NCBI GenBank assembly: GCA_022844165.1
Contig: JALHMH010000004.1
Coordinates: 32,001-96,000, forward strand
Origin: Lysobacterales bacterium
GTDB taxonomy: Bacteria; Pseudomonadota; Gammaproteobacteria; Xanthomonadales; SZUA-5
Length of the DNA: 64,000 nt
Direction of reading: 5' to 3'
A model generated the notes under the pieces. It worked only from the letters and a program-made list of their open reading frames with translations, did no database searches and had not been told where the DNA came from. Position numbers and translations under genes: made by a program. Below are positions 60,021-64,000 of this stretch, piece by piece (the first letter of the stretch is position 1; each line of letters starts with the position of its first letter).

Positions 60021-61016
60021 ATGCGCATCATCTCGGCAGTATTGGTGCTTTCGTTCGCAGTGCCGGCGTTCGCGGCCGAAAAACTCGTGGTCTATACGGC
60101 GCGGAATGAACAGCTGATCAAACCGCTGTTCGATGCCTACACCGAGGAGACCGGCACCAGGATCGAGTTTCTGACTGACAAAGAAGCGCCGCTGTTGGCG
60201 CGACTTGAAGCCGAAGGCAAATCGACGCCAGCCGACATTCTGATGACAGTCGACGCCGGAAATTTGTGGTTGGCTACCGAAAAAGGATTGCTGGCGAAGA
60301 TCGAGTCGCCGCAACTTGAGAAGAACATCCCGGCGCATCTGCGCGATCCGGACATGCGTTGGTTTGGCCTTTCGGTTCGGGCGCGAACGATCATCTTCAA
60401 CCCGACGATGATCCAGCCTGCCCAACTATCGACGTATGCGGCGCTCGCACAACCCGAGTTCAAGGGTCGGCTTTGTTTGCGGACCTCGAAGAAGGTCTAC
60501 AACCAGTCGCTCACGGCGGTCATGCTGGCAGAATTGGGCGAAGAAAAAACGGAGGCCATTGTTCGCGGTTGGGTGGCAAATCTGGCTACGGAACCGTTCG
60601 CCAGCGATGACGAAGTCATCTTGGCGGTTGCAGCAGGGCGATGCGCTGTTGGTGTGGTCAATACCTATTACTTTGGTCGCCTGAAGCGATCACAGCCGGA
60701 TTTGAACGTTGCCTTGTTTTGGCCGAATCAGGGTGCCGGCGAAAGCGGTGTTCATGTCAATGTTTCCGGCGCAGGGGTGACGACTCACGCGAACAACAAA
60801 GTCGGCGCGCAGCAGTTCATTGAGTGGCTCTCCAAGGGCGATGCTCAGTCGATGTTCGCGAGTTTGAACCTGGAGTTTCCAGCGAACGAGTCGGTCGCAG
60901 CCGACCCAGAAGTGACCGCGTGGGGCGCTTTCCGCCAAGACAAGATCAACGTCAATGAGGCAGGTAAGCTGCAAACTCAGGCGGTGAAGCTGATGGACAG
61001 AGCAGGGTGGAAGTAG
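60021..61016 (+). CDS. Fe(III) ABC transporter substrate-binding protein (FutA/FbpA-like)
   Basis: Signal peptide; YTAR, TVDAGNL, VYNQSL, NTYY, HVNVSGAG. Confidence 0.92.
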   Translation: MRIISAVLVLSFAVPAFAAEKLVVYTARNEQLIKPLFDAYTEETGTRIEFLTDKEAPLLARLEAEGKSTPADILMTVDAGNLWLATEKGLLAKIESPQLEKNIPAHLRDPDMRWFGLSVRARTIIFNPTMIQPAQLSTYAALAQPEFKGRLCLRTSKKVYNQSLTAVMLAELGEEKTEAIVRGWVANLATEPFASDDEVILAVAAGRCAVGVVNTYYFGRLKRSQPDLNVALFWPNQGAGESGVHVNVSGAGVTTHANNKVGAQQFIEWLSKGDAQSMFASLNLEFPANESVAADPEVTAWGAFRQDKINVNEAGKLQTQAVKLMDRAGWK

Positions 61017-61023
61017 ACAATCG

Positions 61024-61264
61024 TTAGCGAGGCTTCGCCTCAGACCGCCGAGCATTGTTGGCTTCGCCAGACACCGTACTTGCCACAACCCGCGCTTCGC
61101 ATTTCCGGCCCAGCGGCGCAGCCGCCGGGCGTTCGACTCTGCACACGCCTGCGGCGTGTCAGCGCCGAGTCTCACCCCCTTAACTTAAGGGGCTGCAAAA
61201 GCCAAAGCCGTTTCTAAGAAAATTTGACTCAAATGACAAGATCCAGCTCAGTCAAGGACTCTAG
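61024..61264 (-). mobile_element. ~240-bp hairpin-rich intergenic repeat, full copy
   Basis: Homologous to 49338-49589; TA on both flanks. Confidence 0.6.
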
Positions 61265-61376
61265 TATCGCCGTGGCGCAGGCTGATCAGATGTGGCTGTG
61301 CGCCGACGTTGGGCACTGCTTCGAATCCCGGTTGCACTGCTAAACTCATCCACTTCCTGACAATCGGGTATGTGGC

Positions 61377-64000
61377 ATGCGAGTCGCTCGACGCGTGATT
61401 CCGGCGGTACTTGCGTTTTTTTGTGCCACATCCTTGGGGGCGTCTGAGGGCTACCTTCGGCATCCAGCACTGCGTGGTGATACGGTAGTGTTCACAGCCG
61501 AGGGCGATCTCTGGTCGGTGCCAGCGACAGGTGGACTCGCTCGGCGCCTGACGTCGCACCCCGCGGAAGAGACTCAGGCGGCCATCTCACCGGATGGTCG
61601 CGAAATCGCCTTTGTTGCGTCGTACGACGATGCGCCAGACATCTACGCCATGCCGATCGACGGCGGTTCGCCGCGCCGGCTGAGTTTTTTGGCCGGGCGC
61701 GTCTTTCTCCAAGGGTACGACCAGGATTACAAACTTTGGTACAGCAGCGACAACACGGTTGGACCAACCAACGCGCGGATCTTGCGCACCGTTGACCCGG
61801 ACACATTGGAAACGCGCGAATGGCCATTGTCCGACGTGGCCGATGCCAGTCTAAGCGCTGACGGTAAGCTCCTTTGGTTCACTCAATTTGGCTTGGCGAT
61901 CACCAACGACAACGCACGACACTATCGCGGCGGGGCAATGGCCAGATTGTTTCGGATCGACGCCGAACTGCGCAAAGATGCGCTGCCAATCGGCAGCCAA
62001 TTGAACATCAATCTTGCGTCTCCACTGGCTTGGCGGGAAGGTGCGATCGTTACCAGCGATGCGGACGGAATTGCCAACCTTTGGTGGTTGAGTCACGATG
62101 GCAGCGAACGCCGTTCGCTCACGCAGCATCGCGATTTTGAGGTGCGCGGTGCAGCGATCGATGGCGACCGCGTGATCTATCAGCATGGCGCAGATCTGCG
62201 CATTCTCGATTTGACGAACGGCGATGATCGTCGCCTGGACATCCGTCTGGTATCAGACTTCGATCAACGTCGCCCACGTGTCATCAAGAACCCCCTCGAT
62301 TTCGTTCAATCGATAAATCTTGCGCACGACGGCGGTCGGCTTGCGATCAGCGCTCGTGGACGCGTGGCCTTGGCAGGATTGGGCGCACTGCGGCGAGTGG
62401 ACATCGATGCGCCCGGGACCTTGAGACTACGCGCTGCCGTGTTGGCGGCCGATGGTCGATCGGTTTTTGCTGTTGTCGATGCGGGTCGCGGCAGCGCGAT
62501 TCACCGATTCGCGACCGACGGAAGTGGCAAGGGCGAGCGCTTAGCCGAAGCAGGCGATGAATACTTTTGGCGGCTGTATCCGGATCCGAAGGGTCGCCAC
62601 CTGGCCTACGACGACAAACAGGGACGTTTGTGGTTACTCAACCTCAAAACCGGGAAGAGTCAACAAATCGATCGCTCGCCGCATGCGCAAGATGACGTTT
62701 ACACCAACGTCGTCTGGTCGCCCGATGGCAACTCACTGGCAGTGGTTCGACCCAATAGCGCGCGCTTGCTCAATCAACTACTGGTAATCGATGTGTTGTC
62801 AGAGCCGCGTGTGCATCCGCTGACGAGCGATCGCTACGAGAGCTTCGATCCAGCGTTCTCGCGCGACGGCCAATGGTTGTATTTCTTTTCCAACCGGAAC
62901 TTCCAAACCCAGCCTGGAGGACCGTGGGGCGATCGCAACACGGGCCCGGGTTACGATCGACGAACGAAGCTCTATGCGCTGGCGTTACAGGCAAAAATCC
63001 CGTTCCCATTTGCGCCGCCGGATGAGTTGACCGAAACCGATACGAATGGACAGGCCACCGACGCCAAAGATGTCCCGTCGCAGCCGATCGAATATGACGG
63101 TTTGGCCGAGCGCTTGTTTGAAGTACCGTTACCTCCTGGCAACTATTCGAGCTTGAGCGCCAACAGCGAACACCTGTACTTCTTGAATCGCGCAGCAACG
63201 GCTGAGGCCAAACCCGAGTTGAAAGTGCTGGCGATTGCACCAAATTCAGAGGCGCGCGTTTTTGCAGGCGATGTTCTTAACTATCAGCTCTCAGCGGATG
63301 CCAGGAAGTTGCTGTTGGTGAAGGCTGGCAGCGATCCAACCAGTCAGGCGCCCGGCAAGATATTGATCGTCGACGCCAGTGCGAGCGCACCCGAAGACAG
63401 CAGCAAGGCCGAGGTGATGCTGAGCGCCTGGCAGCTGATGATCGATCCGGTTCAGGAGTGGCAACAGATGTTCGACGACGCCTGGCGCATGCATCGCCAG
63501 TTTTCCTTCGATCCAGCGATGCGTGGCGTTGACTGGGACGAAGTGCGCGAACGCTATGTGGCACTGCTGCCGCGTGTGAGCGATCGCGCCGAGCTCGATG
63601 ATTTGCTCGCACAAATGAGCAGCGAAGTTGGATTGCTACATTCGCAAGTTCGCGGTGCCGACTACCGCAAAGACCCTGACGCGGTGTCCGCCGCTGCGCT
63701 TGGCGCCATGATTGGCGTCGATCGTTCGGGCCTTTACGTCGCGAGTCTTTATCGGGGCGAATTCGAGCTTCCCAGCGAGCGCGGGCCTTTGGCGCAGCCG
63801 GGCGTAGATGTGTATGAAGGCGACCGCATTCGTGCCATCAACGGCCGTGAAGTCCGCACATTAGATGAGCTGGTGCGGGGCCTGGCTGGGCGATCCGGGC
63901 AGCAAACGCTGATCGGATTCGCGCGGGGCGAGGAGGATTTTCGCCGCGTTGTCGTGCCCGTTACTGTGGATCGCGACGCGCAGCTCAGGTATGGCGATTG
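61377..64000 (+). CDS. Tricorn-like S41 protease (runs off the window)
   Basis: Signal peptide; GYLRHPAL..VVFTAEGDLW, YRGG, EWQQMFDDAWR..GVDW, PDZ region; no stop seen. Confidence 0.92.
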   Translation, partial: MRVARRVIPAVLAFFCATSLGASEGYLRHPALRGDTVVFTAEGDLWSVPATGGLARRLTSHPAEETQAAISPDGREIAFVASYDDAPDIYAMPIDGGSPRRLSFLAGRVFLQGYDQDYKLWYSSDNTVGPTNARILRTVDPDTLETREWPLSDVADASLSADGKLLWFTQFGLAITNDNARHYRGGAMARLFRIDAELRKDALPIGSQLNINLASPLAWREGAIVTSDADGIANLWWLSHDGSERRSLTQHRDFEVRGAAIDGDRVIYQHGADLRILDLTNGDDRRLDIRLVSDFDQRRPRVIKNPLDFVQSINLAHDGGRLAISARGRVALAGLGALRRVDIDAPGTLRLRAAVLAADGRSVFAVVDAGRGSAIHRFATDGSGKGERLAEAGDEYFWRLYPDPKGRHLAYDDKQGRLWLLNLKTGKSQQIDRSPHAQDDVYTNVVWSPDGNSLAVVRPNSARLLNQLLVIDVLSEPRVHPLTSDRYESFDPAFSRDGQWLYFFSNRNFQTQPGGPWGDRNTGPGYDRRTKLYALALQAKIPFPFAPPDELTETDTNGQATDAKDVPSQPIEYDGLAERLFEVPLPPGNYSSLSANSEHLYFLNRAATAEAKPELKVLAIAPNSEARVFAGDVLNYQLSADARKLLLVKAGSDPTSQAPGKILIVDASASAPEDSSKAEVMLSAWQLMIDPVQEWQQMFDDAWRMHRQFSFDPAMRGVDWDEVRERYVALLPRVSDRAELDDLLAQMSSEVGLLHSQVRGADYRKDPDAVSAAALGAMIGVDRSGLYVASLYRGEFELPSERGPLAQPGVDVYEGDRIRAINGREVRTLDELVRGLAGRSGQQTLIGFARGEEDFRRVVVPVTVDRDAQLRYGD

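Overview
GC-rich bacterial DNA. Gene content suggests a Xanthomonadales/Rhodanobacteraceae-like gammaproteobacterium (inference). It has two parts. (1) About 1-46.2 kb is a mosaic accessory region: toxin-antitoxin modules, ankyrin proteins, P450/TetR, an M48 peptidase, a UDG-family gene, a tandem TIR/NDT-like membrane protein, secreted proteins ending in an F-x-[DNS]-G-F-E motif, a large membrane protein/metalloprotease operon, and an ECF sigma/Ser-Thr kinase locus. It also holds many truncated, frameshifted or chimeric genes and GTAG-type REP elements. The main structural observation is a nested set of 200-385 bp direct repeats in the order A-B-C-D...D-C-B-A between 4 and 24 kb, with no integrase or transposase visible in the window. 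(2) About 46.4-64 kb is intact core genes: aspartate aminotransferase, mdh, an Atm1-like ABC exporter, a hybrid kinase, Rrf2-sufBCDS, an Fe(III)-binding protein with a Fur-like box, and a tricorn protease running off the end. A ~245-bp hairpin-rich repeat occurs three times. All family calls come from motif recognition by eye; no database search was run.
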